A DNA stretch of 64,000 nucleotides from Cyanobacteria bacterium bin.51 (GCA_013203655.1 JABMPN010000057.1:16451-80450); one strand, 5' to 3'; positions 51,266-62,019 are shown, counted from the stretch's first letter. Numbers and translations are program-made. The notes: a model not told the origin generated them from the letters alone.

Positions 51266-51324
51266 GGCGTGAAATCCTTCTCTTTGCAATTTCTCGCCGC
51301 AAGCCCGGTAGACCCGGCACTTGC
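51266..51324. terminator. Two adjacent hairpins between convergent Rrf2 gene and hemL
   Basis: GGCGTGAAAT...ATTTCTCGCC and GCAAGCCCGG...CCGGCACTTGC imperfect inverted repeats. Confidence 0.35.
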
Positions 51325-51336
51325 TGTCTGCAGCCT

Positions 51337-52653
51337 TCAGGCGATCGCGGCGAAACAGTCCCTGAAGGCGGTGAGGGTGGCGTCAATGTCGGCGTCGCTG
51401 TGGGCCAGGGACGTGAAGCCCGCTTCGAAGGCACTGGGGGCCAGATACACGCCTCGCTCGAGCATGGCGCGGTGCAGCCGTCCGAATTTGTCGGTGTCGG
51501 TCGCCTTGGCTTCCTCGAAGTTGCGCACCGGACCGTCACAGAGGAAGAAGCCGAACATGGCGCTGATGTGGCCGCCACTGATCGGCAGTCCCGCTTCCCT
51601 GCCCGCCGCCAGGATGCCTGCGCAGAGGCGTTGGGTGATGGTTTCGAGCCGCTCGTAGGTACCGGGTTGCTTGAGCAGTTCGAGGGTCTTGATGCCGGCG
51701 GTCATCGCCAGGGGATTGCCGCTGAGGGTGCCGGCCTGATACATCGGACCGGCCGGTGCCACTAGCTCCATGATGTCGGCCCTGCCGCCGTAGGCCCCCA
51801 CGGGCAGGCCACCGCCGATCACCTTGCCCAGCGTGGTGAGGTCGGGGGTGACCCCGAACTTGGCCTGGGCTCCGCCATAGGCGATGCGAAAACCGGTCAT
51901 CACCTCATCGAAGGTGAGCAGGGCGCCATGGTCGCGGGTGAGTTCGCGCAACCCCTCCAGGAAGCCCGGCTCCGGCACGATGAAGCCGGCATTTCCCACA
52001 ACCGGCTCCAGGATCACGCCGGCGATTTCGCCTGGATTTTCGGCAAAGAGTTTCTTAACGGCCTCCAGGTCGTTGTAGGGGGCTGTGAGGGTGCTGGCCG
52101 TGGTGCTGCGAGGTACGCCGGGGGAATCGGGCAGGCCGAGCGTGGCGACGCCTGAGCCGGCCTTGACCAGGAACATGTCGGCGTGGCCGTGGTAACACCC
52201 CTCGAATTTGATCAGCTTCTCGCGGCCGGTGAAGGCCCGCATCAGCCGCAGCACCGACATGCAGGCTTCGGTGCCGGAGTTGACGAAGCGCACCATCTCG
52301 ACGCTGGGGACAGCCTCGATCACCAGCTCGGCCAGGTCGTTCTCCAGGGTGCAGGGGGCGCCGAAGCTGGTGCCCTTGTCAAGGGCCTGATGCAGGGCGG
52401 CGATCACCTCCGGATGGGCATGGCCGCAGATCGCCGGCCCCCAACTGCCGATGTAATCGATGTAGCGGTTGCCATCCACATCCCAGGCGTAGGCGCCTTT
52501 GACCCGGTCGAAGACGATCGGCTGGCCGCCCACCGAGCGGAAGGCCCGCACCGGTGAACTCACCCCGCCCGGCATCAGCTTGAGCGCGGCGGCGAACAGG
52601 TCCTGGGACCGGTTGGTGTTCAGGGCCTGAGCTGATACGGGGGCCGTAGTCAA
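51337..52653 (-). CDS. hemL: Glutamate-1-semialdehyde 2,1-aminomutase
   Basis: [42 protein letters not shown]; start approximate. Confidence 0.97.
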   Translation of the reverse strand: MTTAPVSAQALNTNRSQDLFAAALKLMPGGVSSPVRAFRSVGGQPIVFDRVKGAYAWDVDGNRYIDYIGSWGPAICGHAHPEVIAALHQALDKGTSFGAPCTLENDLAELVIEAVPSVEMVRFVNSGTEACMSVLRLMRAFTGREKLIKFEGCYHGHADMFLVKAGSGVATLGLPDSPGVPRSTTASTLTAPYNDLEAVKKLFAENPGEIAGVILEPVVGNAGFIVPEPGFLEGLRELTRDHGALLTFDEVMTGFRIAYGGAQAKFGVTPDLTTLGKVIGGGLPVGAYGGRADIMELVAPAGPMYQAGTLSGNPLAMTAGIKTLELLKQPGTYERLETITQRLCAGILAAGREAGLPISGGHISAMFGFFLCDGPVRNFEEAKATDTDKFGRLHRAMLERGVYLAPSAFEAGFTSLAHSDADIDATLTAFRDCFAAIA

Positions 52654-52810
52654 AGCTGAATCCGCAGACGTAAGGAGGTGCTCCGGCAACTGAAGCGGTA
52701 AGACCAGCTCTCAGGTGCGAAACAATTTCCCATCCTTACGCAAAAACGGACGATTTCGCTTGGCTGGCGTCTGCTCGTTAAAGTCCAGTCGGCTGAACCT
52801 GCTTTCCTTG

Positions 52811-54316
52811 GTGGATACGCCCAGCACCTTGCGCCTTCCCTGGAAGCGAATTGAGCAACGTCTGCGCCGGATCCTTCCCGCGCGGGCCCTCGTGGCGAAG
52901 CGCCAGGAGCTGCTCACCTACGACAGCGACGGCCTCACCCTGCACCGCCATGAGCCTCCCCTGGTGGTGCTGCCGGAAACCACTGACCATGTGGCCGCCA
53001 TCCTGCGCTGCTGCCATGAGCTTGGGGTGCCGTTCGTGGCCCGGGGAAGTGGCACCGGCCTCTCGGGCGGAGCGGTGGTGGAGCAGGAAGCCCTGCTGGT
53101 GGTGACCAGCCGCATGCGCTCGGTGCTGGCCTTCGATCTGGAGAATCAGCGCATCACCGTGCAGCCCGGGGTGGTCAACAGCTGGGTCACCCGGGCGGTG
53201 AGCGGCGAAGGCTTTTATTACGCCCCGGATCCCTCCAGCCAGGTGGTCTGCAGCATCGGCGGCAACGTGGCCGAGAACGCCGGTGGGGTCCATTGCCTCA
53301 AATACGGCGTCACCAGCAACCATGTGCTGGAGTTGGAGGTGGTCCTGCCGGATGGACAGATCACCCGGCTGGGCGGTTCGTTGGCGGAGATGCCAGGCCT
53401 GGACTTGCGTGGCGTGTTCATCGGCAGCGAGGGCACCCTCGGCATTGCCACGGCCATCACCTTGCGGCTGCTGCCCCAACCCCAGACCGTTGAGGTGCTG
53501 CTTGCCGATTTCAGCGCGATGGAGGCCGCCGGCGAGGCGGTGCGCAGCGTCACGGCGGCGGCGGTGCTGCCGGCCGGGATGGAGATCATGGACAACTTCA
53601 CGATCAATGCCGTTGACGACCTCTTCGGCCACGACGAATACCCACGTGACGCGGCAGCTGTGCTGCTCATCGAGCTCGACGGCCGCAGCGAGGAGGTGAG
53701 CGCAGCGGCGGAGAGCACGATCGAACTCTGCCTCCAGGCCGGTGCCCGCTCGATTCGCAGGGCCCGCAGCGAAGCGGATCGGGCCCTGCTCTGGAAAGGA
53801 CGCAAGTCCGCCTTCGCAGCGGTGGGCCGGATCACCCCCACCTATTACGTCCAGGATGGGGTGGTTCCGCGCAGTGCCCTACCGGCCGTGCTGGCGGCGA
53901 TCGAAGCCCTGAGCCTCCACTACAAACTGCCGGTGGCCAACGTTTTCCATGCTGGTGATGGCAATCTTCACCCCCTGATCCTGTACGACGCCAGCAGCCC
54001 CGGCGTGTTGGATCGGGTCCAGGAACTGGGAGCCGACATCCTGCGTCTTTGCATCGATGCCGGCGGCAGCATCACCGGGGAGCACGGCGTTGGCTCCGAT
54101 AAGCGCTGCTATCTCGACTGGATGTTCAGCCCCGAGGATCTGGCCACCATGCAACGGGTGCGCCGGGCGTTTGATCCCGAAGGTCGCGCCAATCCCGGCA
54201 AACTGTTTCCCACCCCGCGCAGTTGCGGTGAATCGGCTCGCCGGGCTCGCAGCATGACCATCTACAAGGATGGGATCAGAGCGGATGTGGCCCCCGAAAC
54301 TGTTGAGGTGTTCTGA
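52811..54316 (+). CDS. glcD: Glycolate dehydrogenase FAD subunit
   Basis: RGSGTGLSGGA, PDPSSQ, GGNVAENAGG.HCLKYG, GSEGTLG, HAGDGNLHP, GEHGVG; start approximate. Confidence 0.9.
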   Translation: MDTPSTLRLPWKRIEQRLRRILPARALVAKRQELLTYDSDGLTLHRHEPPLVVLPETTDHVAAILRCCHELGVPFVARGSGTGLSGGAVVEQEALLVVTSRMRSVLAFDLENQRITVQPGVVNSWVTRAVSGEGFYYAPDPSSQVVCSIGGNVAENAGGVHCLKYGVTSNHVLELEVVLPDGQITRLGGSLAEMPGLDLRGVFIGSEGTLGIATAITLRLLPQPQTVEVLLADFSAMEAAGEAVRSVTAAAVLPAGMEIMDNFTINAVDDLFGHDEYPRDAAAVLLIELDGRSEEVSAAAESTIELCLQAGARSIRRARSEADRALLWKGRKSAFAAVGRITPTYYVQDGVVPRSALPAVLAAIEALSLHYKLPVANVFHAGDGNLHPLILYDASSPGVLDRVQELGADILRLCIDAGGSITGEHGVGSDKRCYLDWMFSPEDLATMQRVRRAFDPEGRANPGKLFPTPRSCGESARRARSMTIYKDGIRADVAPETVEVF

Positions 54317-54339
54317 GCCAGCCTGTTCGTGATTCCTGC

Positions 54340-55161
54340 TCACCAACCTGCTGCCATCTCTTCTTCTGGCCACTGCAGATTCACCACTACCGGCGCATGG
54401 TCGCTGGGTTGGACATTGCCGCGTACCGTCTTATCGATCGAGCAGCCGGTGGCGCAGGCGATCAGGTCATCTGTGAGATAGATGTGATCGATCCGCCAGC
54501 CCCGGTCACGGTCCCAGGCGCCGCTGCGGTAATCCCACCAGCTCCAATGATCTCCATTGGCCTCGAACAGCCGGAACACGTCATGCAGCCGGTCGCCTAG
54601 GGCCGCACGCAGGGCCTGACGCTCCACGTCGCTGGCCATGATGCCGCCACTCAGCCTGGCCGGGTTGTGGATGTCGCGATCCTCCAGGGCGATGTTGAAA
54701 TCCCCCACCATGCAGAGGCTCTCCCCTTGCTCCTCCAAGGCGGCCAGATAACGCCCCAGGCAGGCCAGCCAGGCGAGTTTGTAGGTGTATTTCTCGCTGC
54801 TCAAAGCCGATCCATTCGGAACATAGAGATTCAGCACCCGCACCCCGTCCACCAGGGCACTGATCACCCGTTTCTGTTCACTCAACCGACCGGCTTCCGC
54901 GTCCCCCGGGATCAGTGCCCCGAAGCCGACCTGGACATCCTCAAGGGGAAGTCGGCTGAGGATCGCAACGCCGTTGTAAGCCTTCTGACCACTGATCGCC
55001 GCCGCGTACCCCAAGGCCTCGAAGGCTTCGAGGGGAAAGAGCTGGTCCTCCACCTTGGTTTCCTGGAGGCAGAGCACATCGGGGCGATGTCGCTCCAGCC
55101 AGGCCGCCACCTGATCGAGGCGGGTGCGCACCGAATTCACGTTCCAGGTGGCGATGCGCAT
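54340..55161 (-). CDS. xth: Exodeoxyribonuclease III
   Basis: IATWNVNS, LQETK, YNGVA, GDFN, WWDYR, RIDH, SDHAP. Confidence 0.96.
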   Translation of the reverse strand: MRIATWNVNSVRTRLDQVAAWLERHRPDVLCLQETKVEDQLFPLEAFEALGYAAAISGQKAYNGVAILSRLPLEDVQVGFGALIPGDAEAGRLSEQKRVISALVDGVRVLNLYVPNGSALSSEKYTYKLAWLACLGRYLAALEEQGESLCMVGDFNIALEDRDIHNPARLSGGIMASDVERQALRAALGDRLHDVFRLFEANGDHWSWWDYRSGAWDRDRGWRIDHIYLTDDLIACATGCSIDKTVRGNVQPSDHAPVVVNLQWPEEEMAAGW

Positions 55162-55226
55162 GGCAGCTGGGTCGATCCATAGGCGAAGAGCCTTAGCATC
55201 AGCGCCTCCACATTGCCTGTCTCGCC

Positions 55227-55553
55227 ATGGCCCGCTGCCTGGCTCTCAGTGCCCTGGCCGTGCTGAGCGTTCCGTTTCTTCTTCCCACCGCCCACGCCCA
55301 GGAACTGGGCGTGGGTACGGGAAGCGGTCAGTCGCTGCAGCGACAACAGTTTTTCGAAGATGGCCCTGCCAAGGAAAAGGGGATCATCGATGCAACCAAT
55401 CCGCTGGAGCTGATGAACATGATTCGCCGCAGTCAGGGCCTCAACGACGCCACCAATCCCGGCGATGCTGTGGACCGGGCCCTCAGGGAGCTGGAGGTTC
55501 AGGGGCCGGCCGGGCCCCAGAGCCCGGGGTCGGCAGGGGTGATGGTGCCCTAG
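55227..55553 (+). CDS. Secreted hypothetical protein
   Basis: Signal peptide AHA; DATNPLELMNMIRR...TNPGDAVDRAL. Confidence 0.7.
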   Translation: MARCLALSALAVLSVPFLLPTAHAQELGVGTGSGQSLQRQQFFEDGPAKEKGIIDATNPLELMNMIRRSQGLNDATNPGDAVDRALRELEVQGPAGPQSPGSAGVMVP

Positions 55554-56400
55554 GAGCCTTGCCATTGGCGGCCTCTCGCATCGGCGCCAGTCCCCAGGAT
55601 GCCGCCACCTGATCCAGACGGGGATCCTGTGGATCAGGAAGTCGTTTCCTCGCTTCAGCGAGAAGGTTCAGGGCTACCTGGGTCTGGCCGCGCTCATGGC
55701 TGAGCAGGGCCAGAGCCAAGCTGGGCTCCATGCTGCTGGGGTGGTCTTTTGCCAGCTTCCGGTAAAATTGGTCTGCTTCCTGTAGCTTCCCCCGGCGTTG
55801 CAAGAGGTCTGCGAGCAGCAATCCGATCTGCAGCGCCTGGGCTTGCTGAGCGGGCTCCGCTGGCTGACCTGCTGGCTGACCGGAATTGGAAGCTGCCTTG
55901 TGGGCGGCCTCCAGCTGGCTCTGGGCCAGTTCGCCTCTCCCCTGCTCGAATTGGAGCAAGGCCATCAGCTGCAGGGCTTCGATCCGGTCGGGCTTGATGT
56001 TGAGCAGCTGGCGCACCTCACGCTCGGCGCCGCTGCGGTCATTCTGATCGCGTCTTAGTTCGGCCAGCATCAGCCGCAGTGGCCAGCGATCCGGCTGCTG
56101 ATCCGCCATTCGCTCCAGCAACGCCGTGGCTTCAGCGTTCTTTTGAAGTGCCAACAGCAATTGCAGCAAGCGTTGTTGCTGGCTTGCGGTGGCTTTGCCG
56201 CTGCTGAGATCTTCCCTGAGCAGGTTGATTTGCTCGAGAGCTTCTTGCTCGGAGTGATCAGCGCCGGCCATGCCGAAGCCGCGCTGGCCCAGCCACCAGC
56301 CGGCCGACAACGCAACAAGGGCGAGTAGCAGTGCAGCCCCGCCCAGCCAAAGGGCCCGGCGGACGTCGACGATGCCACCAACGGTAAGGCGGGGAGCCAT
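55483..56400 (-). CDS. Membrane-anchored TPR protein
   Basis: N-terminal TM followed by TPR-like helical repeats. Confidence 0.75.
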   Translation of the reverse strand: MAPRLTVGGIVDVRRALWLGGAALLLALVALSAGWWLGQRGFGMAGADHSEQEALEQINLLREDLSSGKATASQQQRLLQLLLALQKNAEATALLERMADQQPDRWPLRLMLAELRRDQNDRSGAEREVRQLLNIKPDRIEALQLMALLQFEQGRGELAQSQLEAAHKAASNSGQPAGQPAEPAQQAQALQIGLLLADLLQRRGKLQEADQFYRKLAKDHPSSMEPSLALALLSHERGQTQVALNLLAEARKRLPDPQDPRLDQVAASWGLAPMREAANGKAPRAPSPLPTPGSGARPAPEPPAP

Positions 56401-56482
56401 GGCTCGATTCGTTTGCCCTTGAGTCTGCTGCCTGGAGGCCTGGCTAGATTGCGCGCTGGGCCATTGGTTGCCCCCCCTCACA

Positions 56483-57223
56483 ATGCGTCACCATCCGATT
56501 TCTCCGGTTACCGAACCGATGCAGTACCGGGCCATTGGCGTGGTACGCGGTCAGTACGTTCCCACCGACGCCGAGCAGCCCAGCCGCGGTGTGATCCGCA
56601 GCGACGACGGCACGGAGATCGAAGCCGTTGTGCTGGGCCGTGTGCTCAGCCTGGTTCGCCGCCATCTCGACATGGCCACTGCCCATCTGTGGGTCGTCTA
56701 TCCGCGTTTGCGCGAAACAGACAACCTCCACCTCCAGATCGTTGGCGTCTGGGAGCCCAGCACCCTTGATTCCCCTGCAGCCTCTGCTGAGCCTGCGGAG
56801 AAGGCGGAATCGAGCCCGAGCAACGGCGATGAACTCCCCGAGGGCGACCGGCTGCCTGAAGGCGATGACTATTTCTCGGTTCGCGGCGAGTTGATCTACA
56901 CCCGACCTGAAAGCGGCGAGGTGGTGATCAAGATCCGCCAGAAGCCCCGGGCCGATGGCAGCCGTGTTCAACCATTCAAATTGCAGCTCAAGGGCGAAAT
57001 TCCCCTGGAGCACTTGCGTCACTTCGTTTCCCTTGACCTACGCCGGCAGGGCAGCCATCTGTGCACTGAGCGTTACGAAGTGATCGCCCCGGTGGCCCAG
57101 CGCGGCAACCGCGGCGGGAAAGATCGCAGTGGGAAAGAGCGAAACGGCAGGGCAGGCGGCAGCCATGGCGAGACGCCGCCACGCGCGGGTCTGCGCAGCG
57201 CCATCATCCGGCCGGGGAACTGA
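56483..57223 (+). CDS. Conserved hypothetical protein
   Basis: HPISPVTEPMQYRAIG, LWVVYPR, VGVWEP, FSVRGELIY. Confidence 0.75.
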   Translation: MRHHPISPVTEPMQYRAIGVVRGQYVPTDAEQPSRGVIRSDDGTEIEAVVLGRVLSLVRRHLDMATAHLWVVYPRLRETDNLHLQIVGVWEPSTLDSPAASAEPAEKAESSPSNGDELPEGDRLPEGDDYFSVRGELIYTRPESGEVVIKIRQKPRADGSRVQPFKLQLKGEIPLEHLRHFVSLDLRRQGSHLCTERYEVIAPVAQRGNRGGKDRSGKERNGRAGGSHGETPPRAGLRSAIIRPGN

Positions 57224-57226
57224 ACC

Positions 57227-57934
57227 TTGCCTGAGGAGCGCCCCAAATCCACCGAAGCCCCGGCCACTGGTCGTTCGCCAGGGACACCAGGCGATCCTGG
57301 CGATGGCTCCGTCGCCACCCTCAGCGCTGGTATCGCCGTGGCCAGCGTGACAGCCCTGGCGGTACTGGGGCCACTGCTTGGGATCTCACCCTGGTTGATC
57401 GCCTTGGCGGCGGGCGGTGCCCTGGTGGCGATCACCGTCGATGGGGTTCGGTTCGGTGGGCGCGGCGGGCATCTGCTGGCTGAAGCCCTGCCAGGTGGCC
57501 AGGCGCGCCTGCGGCGGATCGCCATCCATGAGGCGGGCCATTCGCTGCTGGCCGAATGCAATGACCTGCCGATACGGCAAGTGTTAGTTGGCAGCCTGGC
57601 CTGCCTGCGGGCCGGCCTCAACGTCAATGGCAGCACCGAATTCGAACCGCCATCCCACGCCAAACTGGCTGCCGAAGATCTGCGCCGTTGGAGTCGGGTG
57701 CTCCAGGCCGGAATCGCCGCCGAAACTCTGCTCTATGGCAGTTCCAGAGGCGGCGGCGACGACAGGGCTCTGCTCGGGCGGCTCTGGGGATTGTCGGGAT
57801 TTGATGTGGCCACAGCCCAGCTGGAGCAACGGCGGGCGCGCCGGGAGGTTGAACAGTTGTTGCGCCGGGAGCGTGACCAGCTCGAGAGTCGCGCCGAGCA
57901 ACTGCTGGCCGCCGCCCCCCGCCTGCTGCGCTGA
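57227..57934 (+). CDS. Membrane-anchored M41-like Zn-protease domain protein
   Basis: Two TMs, RIAIHEAGH, AGIAAE, GGGDD; no AAA domain. Confidence 0.7.
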   Translation: MPEERPKSTEAPATGRSPGTPGDPGDGSVATLSAGIAVASVTALAVLGPLLGISPWLIALAAGGALVAITVDGVRFGGRGGHLLAEALPGGQARLRRIAIHEAGHSLLAECNDLPIRQVLVGSLACLRAGLNVNGSTEFEPPSHAKLAAEDLRRWSRVLQAGIAAETLLYGSSRGGGDDRALLGRLWGLSGFDVATAQLEQRRARREVEQLLRRERDQLESRAEQLLAAAPRLLR

Positions 57935-57938
57935 AGCC

Positions 57939-59207
57939 ATGGGCCTGGCCTACCTCGATTGCCCCACCGGCGCGGCCGGCGACATGTTGCTGGCGGCCCT
58001 GTTCGATTTAGGCCTGCCCCATGCCGCTGTGGAAGGCCCCCTGGCCAGCCTCGGTTTTGAAGCTGCCTACCGCTTGCACTGTGAACAGGCGCGCAGTGGT
58101 GGGCTGCGCGGTTCTCGCCTCACGGTGGAGCTGTTGGAGGCGCAACCTCCGCAGCGAACCTGGCTTGATCTGCGCCAGCGAATCAGCGACTGCCCGATCG
58201 ATCCGACGCTGAAGCAGCAAGTGCTCAAGGTGTTCGCTTGTCTGGCCGAGGCGGAGGGCGCCGTCCATGGCCATGCCGCGGAGTCTGTTCATTTTCACGA
58301 GGTGGGGGCGGTGGATGCTGTTGTCGACGTGGTGGGGGTCTGCGCTGGCTTGCTGCATTTCGGCATTGATCGGCTGATCTGTTCGCCGCTGCCGCCGGGC
58401 CATGGTTCGGTGAACACGGCCCACGGCCTGCTTCCCTTGCCAGCACCTGCGGTGTTGGAGCTGGCCCGCCGCCATCGCATCCCTCTAGCTGGTGGTGCCG
58501 GTTTGCCGCCTGGCGAGTTGACCACGCCCACAGGTCTGGCCCTGATCGCCGCCTGGGCCGAGAGTTTTGGCGCCTCACCGCCGATGGTTCCGGCTGCCGT
58601 GGGGATCGGCCTGGGCCACCGGCAGCTGGACCGTCCCAATCTGCTGCGGCTCTGGTTGGCGCAGAATCCCGACCCGTTGGCTGGTGTGCCATCAAGCTCG
58701 GATGGGCCCCGGTTGGAGACGGTGCTGCTGCAGCAAGCCCAGATGGATGACGCCAGCGCCGAGGACCTGGCCTTCTTGGCCCAGGAGCTTCGAGCCGCTG
58801 GGGCCCTGGAGGTGTTCACCCAGACGGCCCAGATGAAGAAGGGCCGCAGCGGTCTGGTGCTCACGCTGGTTGCACGCCCGGATCAGGCCGAGTGCTTGCG
58901 CGCGATCTGGTGGCGCCACAGCAGCAGCCTGGGGGTACGCGAACAGCTGCAGCAGCGCTGGCACCTGCAGCGCCGGATGCGTCAACTGAGCACTCCCTGG
59001 GGGCCGGTCCGGCTGAAGGTAGCCCTGCTCCCCGATGGCAGCGAGCGCATCAAGCCCGAGTACGACGACCTGGCGGTCCTGGCCCGCCAGCACGGCCTCA
59101 GCCTGCGCCGGCTGCGCGATGGCGTGCAGCACGCCATCTGGCTGGAGCACGGCGAACAGCAGGGCACCGGCAATGACAATGCTGACCAGACAGGTCAAGT
59201 CGTTTGA
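57939..59207 (+). CDS. larC: Nickel-pincer cofactor biosynthesis protein LarC
   Basis: YLDCPTGAAGDMLL, AEGAVHG..HFHEVGAVDAVVDV, ELTTPTG, MKKGR, KPEYDD. Confidence 0.92.
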   Translation: MGLAYLDCPTGAAGDMLLAALFDLGLPHAAVEGPLASLGFEAAYRLHCEQARSGGLRGSRLTVELLEAQPPQRTWLDLRQRISDCPIDPTLKQQVLKVFACLAEAEGAVHGHAAESVHFHEVGAVDAVVDVVGVCAGLLHFGIDRLICSPLPPGHGSVNTAHGLLPLPAPAVLELARRHRIPLAGGAGLPPGELTTPTGLALIAAWAESFGASPPMVPAAVGIGLGHRQLDRPNLLRLWLAQNPDPLAGVPSSSDGPRLETVLLQQAQMDDASAEDLAFLAQELRAAGALEVFTQTAQMKKGRSGLVLTLVARPDQAECLRAIWWRHSSSLGVREQLQQRWHLQRRMRQLSTPWGPVRLKVALLPDGSERIKPEYDDLAVLARQHGLSLRRLRDGVQHAIWLEHGEQQGTGNDNADQTGQVV

Positions 59208-60289
59208 TGCCGACGTTCCCTTCCTTCTCCTTCCTGCGCCGTTGGCCGGCCTGGCTGGCCAAGCACCCGCTTCCAGGAGGGTCGCGCCTTTGGGTGAGCC
59301 TGCTGAGCTTCGGCTTCGTCTTCGCCGCCCTGATCGGCAATGGGCCCCAACTTCTGGCCACGCGCCTCGACCCCCAGGGTTGGCTGTGGCTGACGATCGG
59401 CGTTGGCATCAGCCTGCTGAGCCTGGTGGTCAATGGTCTGGCCTGGACGGTGGGGCTGCGCTGGCTCGGCTTTCGGCCCGCCTGGGACGCCTGCGTTCGT
59501 CTCTATCTGCGCACCAATCTGCTCAAGTATTTGCCTGGCGGCATCTGGCATCTGGTGGCCAGGGTGCAACGGCTGCGCCGGGGCGAGCAAGCCAAAGCCA
59601 ACGGCGATTCGGGCCTGCTGGCTGCCCCGGCAGGGTCGAGCCTGACCACGCCCCAGGCCCTGGTGGCCGTGCTGCTTGATCCCCTCCTGGCCGCCAGTGC
59701 AGCCCTGTTGTTGATCCCCTTGGGGGGCTGGCAGGGTGGTCTGAGCCTGCTGGCCCTGCTGCCGCTGGTTTTGCTGCTGCCGCGCTGGCTCAATCCCCTG
59801 CTCGCCAGGCTGGAGCGGCGTCGGGCCCGCCAGTTGGCTGTAGAGCTTCGCCCCGATGAGCTTGAGGCCCTGGAGCCATTCGCCCTGCCGGGCTATCCGC
59901 TGCTGCCGCTGGTGCCCCAGCTGGTGTTCGTGCTGCTGCGGTTCCTGGGATTCGCCTGTTGCGTGCTCGCCTTTGATCAGCAGCTGAGCTTGGCCTGGCC
60001 CAGTTGGCTGGCGGGCTTTCTGCTGGCCTGGACCGTGGGTCTGGTGGTACCGGGCGCACCAGGCGGGCTGGGGGTCTTTGAGGCGGTGCTGTTGTTGCGC
60101 CTTGGTCAGGAGATCCCTGAAGCCCCGCTGCTGGCGGTCGCCCTCAGTTACCGGCTGCTGGTCACCCTGGCCGATGTGTTGGCGGCCCTGACGTCCTGGC
60201 TGGATGACGCCCTGGTGGCAGCCGCTGAGCGTCGGCCATCAGCACGGGCGGCCAACGGCTCCATGGGCCAGACAGGCCCAACGGATTGA
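59207..60289 (+). CDS. UPF0104 / lysylphosphatidylglycerol synthase TM-domain protein
   Basis: NLLKYLPGGIW, PGAPGGLGVFE, LSYRL; multi-TM. Confidence 0.82.
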   Translation: MPTFPSFSFLRRWPAWLAKHPLPGGSRLWVSLLSFGFVFAALIGNGPQLLATRLDPQGWLWLTIGVGISLLSLVVNGLAWTVGLRWLGFRPAWDACVRLYLRTNLLKYLPGGIWHLVARVQRLRRGEQAKANGDSGLLAAPAGSSLTTPQALVAVLLDPLLAASAALLLIPLGGWQGGLSLLALLPLVLLLPRWLNPLLARLERRRARQLAVELRPDELEALEPFALPGYPLLPLVPQLVFVLLRFLGFACCVLAFDQQLSLAWPSWLAGFLLAWTVGLVVPGAPGGLGVFEAVLLLRLGQEIPEAPLLAVALSYRLLVTLADVLAALTSWLDDALVAAAERRPSARAANGSMGQTGPTD

Positions 60290-60336
60290 ATCGTCGATAA
60301 TTCGCAACAGGCTTTACTATTGAGAACGACAGGGTT

Positions 60337-60858
60337 GTGTTCGTGTCTGCCCGTACCACCCCCCTCACCGGCGAACCGCTGCAGGCCACAGAGCTGCGTA
60401 CCAGCCTGCATGGCCGGGGCCAGAGGCTCACGCCCCAGCGGCAGAAGGTTCTGGCCCTGTTCAAACGCATCGGCGAAGGCAGCCACCTCAGCGCCGAAGA
60501 GGTTCACCAGCGCCTGCTGGGGGCAGAGGAGAGGGTGTCGCTGGCCACGGTTTATCGCACCCTGCGCCTGCTCAGCGCGATGGAGCTGTTGCGGGAGCTG
60601 GAACTGCCCGAAGGGGGACGTCGCTTTGAGTTGTTCAGCGACACCCACCGTGACCACCACCATCTCGTCTGCATCGGCTGCGGCCGCACAGAGGAATTCG
60701 AGAGTGCCCCGGTGCTTGCAGCAGGAGAGCAGGCCGCCAGCGCCCAGGGATTTCGGCTGATCGAATGCGTTCTCAATGTCAGGGCCCTATGCCGCAACTG
60801 CCAGGACAGGGGCGACACGGGCGAGCAAACCAGTAGCCAATCTGTAGGTCTGCGCTGA
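60337..60858 (+). CDS. fur: Fur-family transcriptional regulator
   Basis: RLTPQR, HLSAEE, SLATVYRTL, HHHLVCIGCG, CRNC. Confidence 0.92.
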   Translation: MFVSARTTPLTGEPLQATELRTSLHGRGQRLTPQRQKVLALFKRIGEGSHLSAEEVHQRLLGAEERVSLATVYRTLRLLSAMELLRELELPEGGRRFELFSDTHRDHHHLVCIGCGRTEEFESAPVLAAGEQAASAQGFRLIECVLNVRALCRNCQDRGDTGEQTSSQSVGLR

Positions 60859-60936
60859 AAAGCAGTTATTTCTGTTCAGATCAGCTGATCACAACTAGCT
60901 TTGGATTGAAGTGAAAACAAAATAAAGAAATTCGAC

Positions 60937-62019
60937 ATGAACATCGCTCAGATAGCTCCTCTTTATGAAAGTGTCCCGCCTGACCGTTATGGCGGAACTG
61001 AGCGGGTTGTTCACTACCTAACAGAAGAGCTTGTACGGCGTGGCCACGACGTTGTTTTGTTTGCTAGTGGAGATTCACAGACCAGCGCAGATCTCTGCGC
61101 CTGTGTGCCTAAGGCGCTGCGCTGCGCAGGCTATGGAGGGGATCCGAGCATCCAGGAGGTGGTTCAGCTCGACCGTGTCAACCGTCAGCTGGATCACTTC
61201 GATATTGTCCACTTTCACAACAGCCATGTTCACTTCCCGTTAATGAATCGGCTAGGTCGTCCGCACCTCAGCACAGTTCATGGTTCCTTGGAAACTGCCG
61301 AACGCATTGAGTTGTATCGCCATTTTGATCAGTTGCCCTTGGTTTCGATTTCCGATTCCCAGCGTCAGCCGGTGCCGGCTGCCAACTGGGTGGGCACCGT
61401 GCACCACGGCCTGCCCACAGATCTGTATCGATTCTCGGCCACTCCTGCTCCCTACCTAGCTTTTGTGGGCCGGATCTCTCCGGAAAAGCGCCTCGACAGG
61501 GCGATCGAGATCGCCTTGGCCTGCGGTTTGCCCTTGAAGGTGGCCGCCAAGGTTGACCCCAGCGATCGAGCCTATTTTCACACCATGATCGAGCCTCTGC
61601 TGGATGACAATCCAACCGTTGATATGGTCGGTGAAGTGGATGATGCGGGCAAGCAGGAGTTACTTGGTAACGCCCTTGCCCTGCTGTTCCCGATCGACTG
61701 GCAGGAACCTTTCGGGCTGGTGATGATTGAGGCCAACGCCTGTGGCACCCCGGTGATCGCCTGGCGAAACGGCTCAACTCCGGAGTTGATCGACGATGGG
61801 GTCAATGGCTATCTGGTGGAGTCGATTGAAGAAGCCAAAACGGCTGTGCAGCGATTGGATCGTCTCGATCGCTACCGGATCCGTGGCAACTTCGAGGTGC
61901 GCTTCTCGGCCACGCGCCAAGCCGAGGATTACGAGCAGCTATACCGCCATCTCATTCAAGCGGATCGTAGCGATTCGCCGGCCGATCGCTCTCGTCAAGC
62001 ACCCCTGGTTCATGCCTGA
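60937..62019 (+). CDS. GT4 glycosyltransferase
   Basis: IAQIAPLYESVPP..YGGTERVV, GRISPEK, EPFGLVMIEANACGTPV. Confidence 0.93.
   Translation: MNIAQIAPLYESVPPDRYGGTERVVHYLTEELVRRGHDVVLFASGDSQTSADLCACVPKALRCAGYGGDPSIQEVVQLDRVNRQLDHFDIVHFHNSHVHFPLMNRLGRPHLSTVHGSLETAERIELYRHFDQLPLVSISDSQRQPVPAANWVGTVHHGLPTDLYRFSATPAPYLAFVGRISPEKRLDRAIEIALACGLPLKVAAKVDPSDRAYFHTMIEPLLDDNPTVDMVGEVDDAGKQELLGNALALLFPIDWQEPFGLVMIEANACGTPVIAWRNGSTPELIDDGVNGYLVESIEEAKTAVQRLDRLDRYRIRGNFEVRFSATRQAEDYEQLYRHLIQADRSDSPADRSRQAPLVHA

Noticed and set aside
60290-60336. Possible Fur box upstream of fur (GATAATTCGCAA, TATTGAGAAC)
   Set aside because: Only half-site resemblance and no convincing inverted repeat; TACTAT may simply be a -10 element.
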